From: Chloroflexi bacterium RBG_16_56_11
GTDB taxonomy: Bacteria; Chloroflexota; Dehalococcoidia; Dehalococcoidales; RBG-16-60-22
Length of the DNA: 64,000 nucleotides
Reading direction: 5' to 3'
Assembly: GCA_001796865.1 (NCBI GenBank)
Contig: MGNQ01000051.1
Location: 65,126-129,125, forward strand
Below, in pieces: positions 18,201 through 27,877 of the stretch. The position numbers and the translations under genes were made by a program. Within the stretch, counting starts at the first letter, position 1. Each line of letters starts with the position of its first letter. The notes under the pieces were generated by a model. That model was given only the letters and a program-made list of their open reading frames with translations. It was not told the origin of the DNA and searched no databases.

Positions 18201-18308
18201 GTCATTGCGAAGAGTCCCGATGAAATCGGGACGACGAAGCAATCTCACTGGTCGTTTTGGGTTATCTTTGAGATTGCCACGCCCCGACCTATCGGGGTTC
18301 GCCATGAC
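18201..18308. repeat. Family-A palindromic element
   Basis: gtcattgcgaagag...gaagcaatc...gagattgccacg...gccatgac. The GAGATTGCCACG module is shared with 28640 and 36940. Confidence 0.85.
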
Positions 18309-18365
18309 ACTATTATTCGTTATTTTTTGTAAAACTAAAAATTATATACGGATAACGTAAGGCAC

Positions 18366-19232
18366 ATGAAAATCGACCTGCACATCCATACCAGCACCGG
18401 CTCCGACGGCGGACTTCCCATCGATGAAGTCTTCCGGGCAGCGGGTCAGAGGGGCATCGGTTTGATATCGGTGACCGACCACGACGCCATCGACCACCAG
18501 GGACAGGCCATCAACACGGCGACGGAGTACGGTCTCCAATATATCAGCGGGGTCGAGCTCAACGTCACCTTTCCGTGCCGGGGCAAGTCCGTTTCCCTCG
18601 ATTTCCTGGGATACGGATACGATTACACCGACCGGACGCTGCGGGAAAAACTACAACTCATAAGAGAGCACCGGGAAGTCAGGGCGCGGCAAATAATGGC
18701 CAACCTGAACACCGAGTTCGAGCGGGAAGGCCGGCCCTTGCTTACCGATACCGACCTCGCCAGAATGCAGGAAGGGGTCGACGGGATACTGAGTCGGCCT
18801 CACATCGCCGACTACCTCATGAAAAAAGGCGTCGTTTCCAGCCGGCAGGAAGCCTTCGACAGGTACCTGGTCAAGTGTGACGTGCCCAAGTACCCGCTAT
18901 CCCTGGAAGAGGCCGCGAAACTGGTGAGGAACGCCGGCGGCCGGCTGGTGCTGGCCCACCCCAGCGACCCTAACGGGACTTCGCTGGTGGGCGTCACCCG
19001 CGACCTCGAAGGGCAGACGGAGATAATCAAAACCAAAATGCTGGGACTTATCGACGGTATCGAGTGCTGGCACTCGCGGAGCGACGCTTCGGTAACGGCC
19101 CACTACATCGAGTTCTGTAAAAAATTCCGCCTGCTTATGACCGGCGGCAGTGATTGCCACCAGCAGCCGATACTGATGGGGACAGTGGACGTGCCGGACT
19201 TCGTGGCGGGGCAGTTCCACATGGACAGGTAG
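18366..19232 (+). CDS. PHP-domain phosphoesterase (TrpH/YciV-like)
   Basis: The metal motifs DLHIHTSTGSDG and SVTDHD are typical of the PHP family. Confidence 0.8.
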   Translation: MKIDLHIHTSTGSDGGLPIDEVFRAAGQRGIGLISVTDHDAIDHQGQAINTATEYGLQYISGVELNVTFPCRGKSVSLDFLGYGYDYTDRTLREKLQLIREHREVRARQIMANLNTEFEREGRPLLTDTDLARMQEGVDGILSRPHIADYLMKKGVVSSRQEAFDRYLVKCDVPKYPLSLEEAAKLVRNAGGRLVLAHPSDPNGTSLVGVTRDLEGQTEIIKTKMLGLIDGIECWHSRSDASVTAHYIEFCKKFRLLMTGGSDCHQQPILMGTVDVPDFVAGQFHMDR

Positions 19233-19277
19233 CCGGGGCGGAGTAGCTCCAGGGACCGAGAATGACTGTAAAGTAAC

Positions 19278-19300
19278 GGGGCACGGTTATCACCGTGCCC
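19278..19300. terminator. Hairpin between convergent genes (possible bidirectional terminator)
   Basis: A 9-bp stem gggcacggt / accgtgccc with a 4-nt loop, followed by gctcgctttt on the + strand. Confidence 0.4.
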
Positions 19301-19330
19301 GCTCGCTTTTAACCGTCTGGGATAAAGTCT

Positions 19331-19852
19331 TTATCCCTCGCCGCCTTGGTCAAGCTCAAGCTCAAAATAAGTCGCCCAGTTCGCGCCCTTGCCGATGGGA
19401 TATTCGCCCTGGGCCCAGGTCGTCTCGTAAACGTAGACCGGCTCATCCGCCCCGTCTACGCCGCTCTGCATAACTAACCGGGCGTGGGCAGCGACATAAA
19501 CAATTTCATCGCCATCTAAATCAATTTCACTCAGGTCAATAACAAATTCGTCCAATAACGTACCGCCCAAATCCTGGTGTTTATACGGGAACCTGCCCGG
19601 AGCGCTCTTCGCTGGAGGCGTATCACCTACATACAGGTGCATCTCGTCCAGCCGCCAGTCAGTAGCGGTGTCATCAATCAATAAGGCGAAGGTGGCTTCG
19701 CTTCCCGATATAGTAACGGTAAAACCACCCACGTCGACCTCATCCCGGCCGACGTTCAGCTCATAAGAGAAGCTTTCATCAGCCGCAACCGGTGTCACCG
19801 GTACCGCCAGCAACACGGGCAAAGCCATCAGAACAAAAAGAGCCTTCTTCAT
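19331..19852 (-). CDS. Secreted protein, unknown function
   Basis: Signal peptide MKKALFVLMALPVLLAVPVTPVAADE. The protein is acidic and looks beta-rich; I recognise no family. Confidence 0.55.
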   Translation of the reverse strand: MKKALFVLMALPVLLAVPVTPVAADESFSYELNVGRDEVDVGGFTVTISGSEATFALLIDDTATDWRLDEMHLYVGDTPPAKSAPGRFPYKHQDLGGTLLDEFVIDLSEIDLDGDEIVYVAAHARLVMQSGVDGADEPVYVYETTWAQGEYPIGKGANWATYFELELDQGGEG

Positions 19853-20039
19853 TTTACCTCCTCTTTATTATCGTCATGGCAACGTTCCCGGTTAAGTCAC
19901 TGCACATAATTCTAAGATAGAAGCGGAGGATGCGCAATGTGAAAAAGGTAATGGTCCGTCGTGAAGAAAGGTCGAGGTACTTTACTCCTACACACGATGA
20001 TGTGAATACAGAAATAGTGAGGCCGCGGGGAAACTGTCT

Positions 20040-20549
20040 CTAGATATTCTCCCCCTGATAGACGCCGTTATAGCCTTCCGACTCTCCGGTCAGCTCGAAG
20101 AAGACGAGCTGGGTGACGCGGGCGTTTTTCTCCACGCGGAATCCCCGGTAGTTATAGACCACCAGCAGGGACTGCGAGCGTCCCTCGTAGCCGGCGTCCC
20201 AGACGGCCGTGCCGACGTTGACACCGCAGCGCAGCAAGCTGGAGCGGGGGCGGCCCAAAGCCATGATATTCTTCGGCAGGTGGACGATTTCGTTATAGGT
20301 GATAATATAAATCCCGGGGATAAGGTCGATACCGCCGGAAGTATCGAATAGCAGCGGGGAGAGTTCGGAGACTGCCCTCCGGCGGTTGTCCGCCGTGACC
20401 GCGCCCGCCGACTGCATCACGGCGATGTCCCGCAGCGTAAGGTCGAAGCCGTTGGCCTGGACCTGCGCCGGGAGGTCAACCCACCCCTCGACGAGGGGAG
20501 GAACACCGCTAATCAAGCGCCTGATGTCATTACCGGAAAGAACGGACAT
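20040..20549 (-). CDS. dCTP deaminase / dUTPase-superfamily protein
   Basis: 169 aa. The N-terminus MSVLSGNDIRRLI and ANGFDLTL match single-domain dCTP deaminase/dUTPase enzymes. Confidence 0.7.
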   Translation of the reverse strand: MSVLSGNDIRRLISGVPPLVEGWVDLPAQVQANGFDLTLRDIAVMQSAGAVTADNRRRAVSELSPLLFDTSGGIDLIPGIYIITYNEIVHLPKNIMALGRPRSSLLRCGVNVGTAVWDAGYEGRSQSLLVVYNYRGFRVEKNARVTQLVFFELTGESEGYNGVYQGENI

Positions 20550-20690
20550 TTAAACACTTACCGAACGGGGATTTTGCTACGTTAAGGAAATTATAGCAGA
20601 TGAGGAGAACAGCGAAAAGTCGAAAATCAAAACCACGGATAAAAAGTAAAAAATAGGGGAAGGCAAAATGATGGGGATTCTTAATTGCCG

Positions 20691-20891
20691 AGCATCTTGA
20701 TGATATACTTGGCGAGACTATCGGTTATTTCACGATGTCGCGGGGTCTGTACTGCGGTCCTGATAGAGGTCGTTTAAATTTTCCTTGAGTTCATCCAGAC
20801 TAGCGCCTTGCGTGCGGTAATCAGGGTAATCTTCCAGCCAGCCGACCAGCATGTCGTTTTCCTGGTAATAAACGAACTTTGTTGATTCCAT
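20691..20891 (-). pseudogene. Toxin-antitoxin remnant: HicB-like antitoxin 5' part joined out of frame to a HicA-like toxin 3' tail
   Basis: My translation of the minus strand 20891->20730 reads MESTKFVYYQENDMLVGWLEDYPDYRTQGASLDELKENLNDLYQD, a short HicB/UPF0150 pattern. It then diverges and stops. A different frame continues as TPRHREITDSLAKYIIKMLGN*, which resembles a HicA C-terminus. Confidence 0.4.
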
Positions 20892-20962
20892 TTTTACTCC
20901 AAACCGAATCCGGTAGATATATTATAGCAGATAATCCCAATTGGGAAGGAACAGGAACAAAA

Positions 20963-21030
20963 TCCCCCTCCTTTTTCATGGGAGGGGGACAACAGGGTCT
21001 GGATCCCGACTTTCGTCGGGATGATGTCAT
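20963..21030. repeat. Family-B hairpin plus family-A module
   Basis: tccccctcctttttcatgggaggggga, then ggatcccgactttcgtcgggatgatgtcat. Confidence 0.75.
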
Positions 21031-21033
21031 TTA

Positions 21034-22602
21034 TTACGGCTTCCCGTACTTCTCTCTTATCTCCCGCTTGATGAGCTTGCCCATGGGGTTGCGGGGGAGG
21101 TCGTCCACGAAGACAACGGTGCGCGGGCGCTTGAAGCTGGCCAGCGTCTGGCGGCAGTGCTCCATGATTTCGTCCTCCACGGCCTTGGACTTCGGGATGC
21201 CCTTCTTGAGAATCACCACGGCGCGCGGCTCCTCGCCCCAGGTCTCATCCGGCACGCCGATGACGGCCACGTCCTCCACCTTGGGAAACTCGCGGATAGC
21301 GTTTTCCAGCTCCTCCGGTGAGATGTTTTCCCCGGCGCGGATGATGATATCGCTGGAGCGGCCGGCCAGGAAATAGTAACCGTCATCGTCGACGTAGCCG
21401 ATATCGCCCGTGTGCACCCAGCCGTCCTTATCGATGGTCTTCTTTGTCTTTTCCTCGTCCTTCCAGTAGCCGCTCATGACGCGCGGGCCGCGGGCGAGAA
21501 TCTCGCCCACCTCGTTGGGCCCCAGCGTCTTACCGGTCTCCTGGTCGATGACCTTCATCTGGATATCGGACATGGGCTTGCCGATAGAGGCCAGCCGCTT
21601 GAGCTTCTTCTCCCGCTCCTCCGGCGTGCCGGTAAGGACATGGTCTTCCGGCCCGAGGGCGGTGATGGTGGAGGCCGTCTCCGTCTGGCCGAAGGCATTG
21701 ATGAAACTCACTCCGGGAAACTCTTCCAGGGCCTTTCTGATGACGGGCAGGGGCATGGGGGCGGCGCCGTAGGTGATGACCTTGAGGCTCTTGAGATTAT
21801 GTTTCTTGAAATTGGGGTGGTCGAGGAGCTGCTTGAGCATGGTGGGCACCATCATGGCGCGGTTGGCCTTTTCGCGCTCGACCAGGGTCATCCACTCCTC
21901 CGGCTCGAACTGGCGCTCCATGACCAGTGTGCGGGCGCCGTAGATGGCCGCCATCATCGCCTGGATGCCGGCGACGTGGTACAGCGGCACGGTGAGGATA
22001 TTCCTTTCGTCGTTTTCGGGGTCGGGTGGGGAGACATTTTCCAGCACGTATATGCTGAAGCTGTTATGGGCCAGCATCACCCCTTTGGGGAACCCGGTGG
22101 TGCCGGCGGTATACATCAGGATAGTGGTATCGTTGTCATCGATGGCCGCGACCACCTCTTCAGGCGACGCCTTCTTAATCAGGTCTTCATAAAAATGCAT
22201 GTCCGGGTGGGGTTTTTCGATAGAGACAAGGTGCTTGAGAGAGTGCAGCTCGGGGCGGATGGCCTGGATCATGGAGACGTAGCGCTCACCAGCGATGAGG
22301 ACCGTGGCCTCCGCGGTGTTGAGCATATAGGTGAGCTCTTTTTCCTTGGCGCGGAAGTTGAGCGGCAGGTAGATACCGCCCATCTTGGCGACAGCGAAAT
22401 ATGTCTCGACGCACTGGTTACAGTTGACCTGCAAAAACGCCACGCGGTCACCCTTTTTCACGCCTAGCGTTAGGAGGGCGTTGGCGAGGCGGTTGACACG
22501 CTCGTTGAGCTGTGAGAATGTATAACGCTTGTCCTCGAAGACGATGGCGGCCTTATCGGGGCAGATGGCCGCGGCTATATTCAGAAAATCGGTGGTATTC
22601 AC
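21034..22602 (-). CDS. AMP-dependent acyl-CoA synthetase/ligase
   Basis: Contains MYTAGTTGFPKGV (AMP-binding motif), GDIGYVDDDGYYF and a C-terminal ..GKLIKREIR. I prefer the GTG at compl. 22600-22602 (GGAGG RBS). The ORF-track extension to 22773 crosses repeats. Confidence 0.88.
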   Translation of the reverse strand: MNTTDFLNIAAAICPDKAAIVFEDKRYTFSQLNERVNRLANALLTLGVKKGDRVAFLQVNCNQCVETYFAVAKMGGIYLPLNFRAKEKELTYMLNTAEATVLIAGERYVSMIQAIRPELHSLKHLVSIEKPHPDMHFYEDLIKKASPEEVVAAIDDNDTTILMYTAGTTGFPKGVMLAHNSFSIYVLENVSPPDPENDERNILTVPLYHVAGIQAMMAAIYGARTLVMERQFEPEEWMTLVEREKANRAMMVPTMLKQLLDHPNFKKHNLKSLKVITYGAAPMPLPVIRKALEEFPGVSFINAFGQTETASTITALGPEDHVLTGTPEEREKKLKRLASIGKPMSDIQMKVIDQETGKTLGPNEVGEILARGPRVMSGYWKDEEKTKKTIDKDGWVHTGDIGYVDDDGYYFLAGRSSDIIIRAGENISPEELENAIREFPKVEDVAVIGVPDETWGEEPRAVVILKKGIPKSKAVEDEIMEHCRQTLASFKRPRTVVFVDDLPRNPMGKLIKREIREKYGKP

Positions 22603-22740
22603 TCCACACCTCCTGGGCGAAATATTAACGACTAATTCTAACCCAAGGGGAAGGGAAAAATCAAACCGGAGGACGATGTGATCAGTCAACAACGGGTCTT
22701 TTTCGGGCCTGGCCGGAGAACGCAAACCAACCCGGCCTCC

Positions 22741-22805
22741 CCGGATTCCGTCCTGTGCCGGAATGACAGGCAATTCCCCTTCGGCAGGCTCAGGATGAGC
22801 GAGGT
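22741..22805. repeat. Family-A modules
   Basis: ccggattccgtcctgtgccggaatgac hairpin plus the cttcggcaggctcaggatgagcg module. Confidence 0.7.
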
Positions 22806-22844
22806 GGGCTACTACCTGAGCCGAACGATATCCGAGCCTGTAAC

Positions 22845-22873
22845 TTGATAAATTCGGCGCTTGATTGTATAGT
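22845..22873 (+). promoter_or_regulatory. Near-consensus promoter TTGATA-17-TATAGT, 7 nt before the cca ATG (leaderless candidate)
   Basis: TTGATA at 22845-22850, a 17-nt spacer, TATAGT at 22868-22873, ATG at 22881. There is no Shine-Dalgarno sequence in between. Confidence 0.45.
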
Positions 22874-22880
22874 TTAACAG

Positions 22881-24398
22881 ATGCCTGTGAGAACCATGGA
22901 AAGCGTAAGACTGGTCGTCAAGCCTGCCGCTTCCCGACTCATCAGCAAAGTCAGCCGCCTGCTTACCGAAGAAGGTACGGCGGCGTACCTGGTGGGCGGG
23001 TTCGTGCGCGACATACTGCTGGGACGGGACACGGCGGATATCGACATCGCGATTGCCGGCGACGCCACGGGGGTCGCCCGGAGAATGGCCGCCGCTCTGG
23101 GCGGCAAATATATCCCGCTGGACGAGCAAAACGGCGTCTACAGGGTCGTCCCGCCGGACAGCAAGTGGCAGATAGATTTCACGCGACTCGAGGGAGACAT
23201 CCGGCACGACCTGCGGCGGCGCGATTTCACCATCAACGCCATGGCCCTGGCGCTGGATAACCGGGGCGGTCCGGTGACCGCGGAAGGGCTCATCGACCCC
23301 TGTCAGGGGCTCGAGGACCTGCGCCGGAGAGAGCTCAAGGCCGTGAGAGACGGGGCGTTCCGCGCCGACGCCGCCCGCCTGCTGCGCGCCGTGCGCATCG
23401 CCGCCGAACTGGATTTTGATATCGAGAGCTCGACCGAAAGCCTGATAACCCGCGACGCCGGGCTGATTACCGGCGTCGCCGGAGAGCGCACCAGGGAGGA
23501 GCTCCTGCGTATCCTGGCGATTAGCGGCGCCGGGGGCCGGCTGATATACCTGGACAACCTGGGACTGCTCACAGCGTTGATACCGGAGATGGCCAGGGCC
23601 AGGGGAGTCGCCCAGCCGGTCGAACATACCTGGGATGTCTTCGAACATTCGATTCAAACGGTCGGGGCCACCGAATTTCTCCTCAGGGAAGGCCCCTGGG
23701 AATACGGCATCGAGGAGGTGCTCGCCACGGTGCCGTGGTCCTTAAAACTGAGCGAACACTTCGACGAGTCCATCAGCAGCGGCAGCACGAGGCGGACATT
23801 GCTCAAGCTGGCGGCGCTCTTCCACGATATCGCCAAGCCCCAGACAAAGTCGACGGAGGCCGACGGACGGGTGCGTTTCCTGGGACACCCCACCGAAGGC
23901 GCCACGGCCGCTTCCATAATACTCGAGAGAATGAGATTCTCCAACCGGGAAATCAAGCTGGTAGAGCTCCTCGTCAGGTACCACCTGAGGCCGACACAGA
24001 TGAGCCAGGAAGGACTACCGACGGCGCGGGCAATCTACCGCTTTTTCCGGGACACCGGCGAGGTCGGCACGGACGTGCTGTTCCTGTCACTGGCCGACCA
24101 CCTGGCCGCGAGGGGCCCGCAGTTGGATTTAACCGAGTGGCAGCGGCACACGGCCGTCACCGGGCACGTCCTGGCGGAACGCGAAGCGGCGGTACTTTCG
24201 CCGCACCTCGCGCCGTTGCTCGACGGGCACGAGATAATGAAGGCCCTCGGAATCAGCCCCGGACCGAAGGTAGGCAAGCTCCTCGAGGCGGTCAAAGAAG
24301 CGCAGGCCTCCGGGGAAATTTCCGATAGGCAGGGGGCGCTCAACTACGCGAAACAGCGGCTGGCCGACGCCAATATTTCAGAAAACGAAGGTGTTTAA
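22881..24398 (+). CDS. cca: CCA-adding tRNA nucleotidyltransferase with HD domain
   Basis: YLVGGFVRDILLGRDTADIDIAI (polymerase beta head), RRDFTINAMA and an HD region LFHDIAKP. Confidence 0.88.
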   Translation: MPVRTMESVRLVVKPAASRLISKVSRLLTEEGTAAYLVGGFVRDILLGRDTADIDIAIAGDATGVARRMAAALGGKYIPLDEQNGVYRVVPPDSKWQIDFTRLEGDIRHDLRRRDFTINAMALALDNRGGPVTAEGLIDPCQGLEDLRRRELKAVRDGAFRADAARLLRAVRIAAELDFDIESSTESLITRDAGLITGVAGERTREELLRILAISGAGGRLIYLDNLGLLTALIPEMARARGVAQPVEHTWDVFEHSIQTVGATEFLLREGPWEYGIEEVLATVPWSLKLSEHFDESISSGSTRRTLLKLAALFHDIAKPQTKSTEADGRVRFLGHPTEGATAASIILERMRFSNREIKLVELLVRYHLRPTQMSQEGLPTARAIYRFFRDTGEVGTDVLFLSLADHLAARGPQLDLTEWQRHTAVTGHVLAEREAAVLSPHLAPLLDGHEIMKALGISPGPKVGKLLEAVKEAQASGEISDRQGALNYAKQRLADANISENEGV

Positions 24399-24407
24399 GG
24401 GACAAAA

Positions 24408-25970
24408 ATGGCACGAAGAAATGGACTCGTATTCGTTATCATCCTGGTAATTTTCGTATTTACACTGTGGGTCCTGCTGCCCATTAAAGGCGAAAGGCTG
24501 GGGAGGACGGGGCTTCGACTCGGGCTGGACCTGGTGGGCGGGGTGCACCTGGTGTACCAGGCGCAGTTTTCCGAGAACGCGACGGCTGCCGATAAATCCG
24601 CCGCCGTGGGCCGAGCCCTGATTACCATCGAAAAGCGTATCGATACCTACGGCGTGATCGAGCCGATAATACAAAAGCTCGGGGAAGACCGCATACTGGT
24701 GCAGCTCCCCGGCTACACCGACATCGACGCCGCCAAAAAGCTCGTGGAGCAGACGGGTTTCCTCGAGTTCAGAGAAGTAGAGAAAAGCCCGGCGGGGCAA
24801 CTGGTCTATCTCAGCAGCTACCTGGAAAGCACCAACAACGACTTCATCAACCCGAAGGAGGCCGGGAACCGCGTGTTCGTCAACACTGAGCCGGACGAGA
24901 AGGGGACAAGCCGGCCCGCGGTTTTCCTGACGAAAGATGAAAGCGGACTTAAATACACGGATATCGAGGGCAACACGGTCGACAACGTGACGCTGCAACA
25001 GTATTCGCGGGCGCCAGCCTGGGTCGTCTCGCGGGGCGACGACGGCACGCCGCTGACGGGCGACCTGCTCTCCGACGCGCAACCCGGCATCAGCGACACG
25101 CTTACCGGAGCGCGGCCCGAGGTGAATATCAAATGGAACGCCAGGGGGACGGTGCTTTTCGACCAGATTGCGGCCCGCCTTTACAATCCGGGAGGACAAG
25201 CAGCGGCATATTCCCTGGACCATGTCCTGGGTATCTTTCTGGACAACGCCCTGATTTCCGACCCCCAGATTCTGGCGCAAAAATTCCAGGGTACCGGGGT
25301 CATTAGCGGTAGCTTCACCACCGACTCCGCTTCCGAGCTGGCCAACCTGTTAAAATCAGGCTCGCTGCCGGTGCAGCTCAAGAAGCCGCCGCTCTACCAG
25401 GAGAAGGTCTCCGCGACGCTCGGGGCCGAGTTCGTAAACAACAGTTGGAAGGCGGGACTCATCGGGCTGGCGCTGGTGATGCTGTTCATGATTGCTTACT
25501 ACCGGCTGCCGGGCCTGCTGGCCAGTCTGGCCCTCATCTTTTACGGGACACTGACGCTGGCCATCTGCAAGCTGTGGCCGATTACCCTGAGCCTCGGCGG
25601 CATTGGCGGGGTTATCATCTCCATGGGCATAGCGGTCGACGCCAACGTACTTATCTTTGAGAGGATGAAAGAGGAGTTCCGGGCGGGGCGGACGCTGGGC
25701 GCGGCCATCGAAGCCGGGTTCCACCGGGCCTGGACGGCCATCTGGGATAGCAACGTCACCACGTTCATCGCCTGCATCATCCTTTACTGGTTGGGGAGCT
25801 CGGCGATGCACAACGCGGCCGTCACCGGTTTCGCGGTCACGTTGTTCATCGGGGCCGTGGTCAGCATGTTCACGGCGGTATTGGTGACCAGGACGCTGTT
25901 ACGCCTGTTCATCGGCAGCTCAATGTCCAGCAACCCCTGGCTATTTTCCGTTACCGGAGGTAAGAAATAA
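24408..25970 (+). CDS. secD: Protein translocase subunit SecD
   Basis: 520 aa. LGLDLVGGVHLVY, a large periplasmic loop and six C-terminal TM helices. It is followed by secF. Confidence 0.92.
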   Translation: MARRNGLVFVIILVIFVFTLWVLLPIKGERLGRTGLRLGLDLVGGVHLVYQAQFSENATAADKSAAVGRALITIEKRIDTYGVIEPIIQKLGEDRILVQLPGYTDIDAAKKLVEQTGFLEFREVEKSPAGQLVYLSSYLESTNNDFINPKEAGNRVFVNTEPDEKGTSRPAVFLTKDESGLKYTDIEGNTVDNVTLQQYSRAPAWVVSRGDDGTPLTGDLLSDAQPGISDTLTGARPEVNIKWNARGTVLFDQIAARLYNPGGQAAAYSLDHVLGIFLDNALISDPQILAQKFQGTGVISGSFTTDSASELANLLKSGSLPVQLKKPPLYQEKVSATLGAEFVNNSWKAGLIGLALVMLFMIAYYRLPGLLASLALIFYGTLTLAICKLWPITLSLGGIGGVIISMGIAVDANVLIFERMKEEFRAGRTLGAAIEAGFHRAWTAIWDSNVTTFIACIILYWLGSSAMHNAAVTGFAVTLFIGAVVSMFTAVLVTRTLLRLFIGSSMSSNPWLFSVTGGKK

Positions 25971-26887
25971 TGCTCGACATCATCGGTAAGAGGTTCTGGT
26001 TCTTTCTTATCTCCGGGGTCTTCATCGTCATCGCCATCGTTTCGCTGGCGACCTTCGGGCTCAAGCCGAGCATCGAATTCAGCAGCGGGTCGATACTTTC
26101 CGTCAGGTTCGAAAACCCGGTAGATTACGGGGAGTTCCAGCAGGAGATGGCCAGCCTGGGATACTCGGACGCCATTATCCAGAAGACGGGCGCCGAGGAC
26201 TATCTCATCCGCACGGAGGAGCTGAGCGAAGAGGCCAAGGCGAGCCTGGAGGCGGCCCTGGCGGCGCGGTTCGGGGCGCTGTCCGAGGCGCAGTTCAACT
26301 CGGTGTCCCCGATGGTGGCGTCCGAGACGGCGCGCAACGCGGCCATCGCCGTGGCCATAGCCATGGTGGGCATGCTGCTCTATGTCACCTGGGCGTTCCG
26401 CCGGATGCCGAGTCCGTTCCGCTGGGGGGCCTGCTTTACAATCGCCCTTTTCCACGACATACTGGTGACCGTGGGGCTTTTCTCGCTTTTCGGGCACCTG
26501 CTGGGCTGGGAAATGAACCTGATGTTCATCACCGGCATCCTGGGTATCGTCGGGGTGAGCCTGGACAACACGATCGTGGTCTTTGACAGGATGCGGGAGA
26601 ACCAGAAACTGGGGATGAGCCGCGACTTCGAAATGGTGGTCAACCGGAGCCAGATAGAGACGCTGGGACGCTCCCTTAATACCAGCCTCACAATATTGAT
26701 AACCTGCATCGCCCTCCTGTTGTTCGTCGGCGGCACCATCCAGAACTTCGTCATCGTGCTGCTCATCGGGCTTATCGCCGGTACGTTCGATTCCGTTTTC
26801 GTAGCGCCGGGGCTGCTGGTGGTCTGGGACAAAGGGGAGTGGGAGAGGTTCCTACCCTGGCGCCGGCCTTCCGCGCAGAAAGCCTGA
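25970..26887 (+). CDS. secF: Protein translocase subunit SecF
   Basis: 305 aa with SecF-type TM topology. Its ATG overlaps the secD stop. Confidence 0.92.
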   Translation: MLDIIGKRFWFFLISGVFIVIAIVSLATFGLKPSIEFSSGSILSVRFENPVDYGEFQQEMASLGYSDAIIQKTGAEDYLIRTEELSEEAKASLEAALAARFGALSEAQFNSVSPMVASETARNAAIAVAIAMVGMLLYVTWAFRRMPSPFRWGACFTIALFHDILVTVGLFSLFGHLLGWEMNLMFITGILGIVGVSLDNTIVVFDRMRENQKLGMSRDFEMVVNRSQIETLGRSLNTSLTILITCIALLLFVGGTIQNFVIVLLIGLIAGTFDSVFVAPGLLVVWDKGEWERFLPWRRPSAQKA

Positions 26888-26904
26888 GAGCGGAGGAAAA
26901 AAGG

Positions 26905-27819
26905 GTGTTTTCCGGCAGGACCGGGGCAGCCCGGCTCTCGATAGTTATCGTCGTTGGCCTCATCATCGTCAAGGTGGTGGTCGGGACCATCACCGGCAGC
27001 CTGAGCGTCCTGGCACAGGCGGTGGACAGCTTCCTTGACCTTTTCGCGGTGAGCATCACCTTCCTGGCGATACACGTCGCCGCCAAGCCGGCGGACGAGG
27101 AGCACCCCTTCGGGCACGGCAAGGCGGAGAACGTCGCCGCCATCGTGCAGGCGGCGCTGATATTCATCGCCGGCGGCGTCATCATCTACCAGGCAATCAG
27201 GCGCGCCCAGACCGAGGCCGCGCTGAGCATGACCGAGGCCGGCATCGGTGTAATGGCCGCGTCCATCATCGCCAGTATATTTCTCTCACGCTACCTGAGG
27301 CGCGTGGCCAAAAAAGAGGACTCGGCGGCGCTGGAGGCCAGCGCCCACAACATCGCCGCCGACGTCTATTCGGCCGCGGCGGGGTTCATTGGGCTCATCG
27401 TAGTCCGCATTACCAGCCTGCACATTATCGACGACATCCTGGCGGGAATCGTCGCACTGTTCATCATCAAGGTGTCCATCGACATCCTGCGGAAGTCATT
27501 CGGGGGGCTGGTGGACGTGAAGCTGCCGGAGGCCGAGGAAAAGAAAATCGAGTTGGCCATCACCGAGCATTTCGACGGGGAGGTGGTGAGTTTCCACAAG
27601 CTGCGCACCCGCAAGGCCGGCCCGCAGCGCTATATCGACCTGCACCTGGTGATGCCGCGGCACGTGAGCATTGAAGAAGCGCACCAGATGTGCGACCACC
27701 TTGAGAAGGACATCCGCCACCGGCTCATTCGGACGGACGTGACGATACACGTGGAGCCCTGCGACGGCACATGCGCGGCGTGCAAGATCACCTGCGACGA
27801 GAGGAAGACTGAAAACTAG
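26905..27819 (+). CDS. Cation diffusion facilitator (CDF) family transporter
   Basis: Contains SLSVLAQAVDSFLDL, HPFGHGKAE, and a C-terminal cytoplasmic domain with IHVEP. The GTG at 26905 follows a GGAGG; ORF-track start 26839 overlaps secF. Confidence 0.85.
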   Translation: MFSGRTGAARLSIVIVVGLIIVKVVVGTITGSLSVLAQAVDSFLDLFAVSITFLAIHVAAKPADEEHPFGHGKAENVAAIVQAALIFIAGGVIIYQAIRRAQTEAALSMTEAGIGVMAASIIASIFLSRYLRRVAKKEDSAALEASAHNIAADVYSAAAGFIGLIVVRITSLHIIDDILAGIVALFIIKVSIDILRKSFGGLVDVKLPEAEEKKIELAITEHFDGEVVSFHKLRTRKAGPQRYIDLHLVMPRHVSIEEAHQMCDHLEKDIRHRLIRTDVTIHVEPCDGTCAACKITCDERKTEN

Positions 27820-27877
27820 TACACACGCGTGGACTTCTCACCCTTCAACAGGCTCAATGTGAGCGGCTAATATAGAG

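Noticed and set aside
20040-20549. dCTP deaminase-family gene, considered as a possible anti-phage nucleotide-depletion effector.
   Set aside because: It is a 169-aa single-domain protein with a housekeeping-type N-terminus. It lacks the extra N-terminal kinase-like domain reported for defensive dCTP deaminases, and no other defence genes are adjacent.
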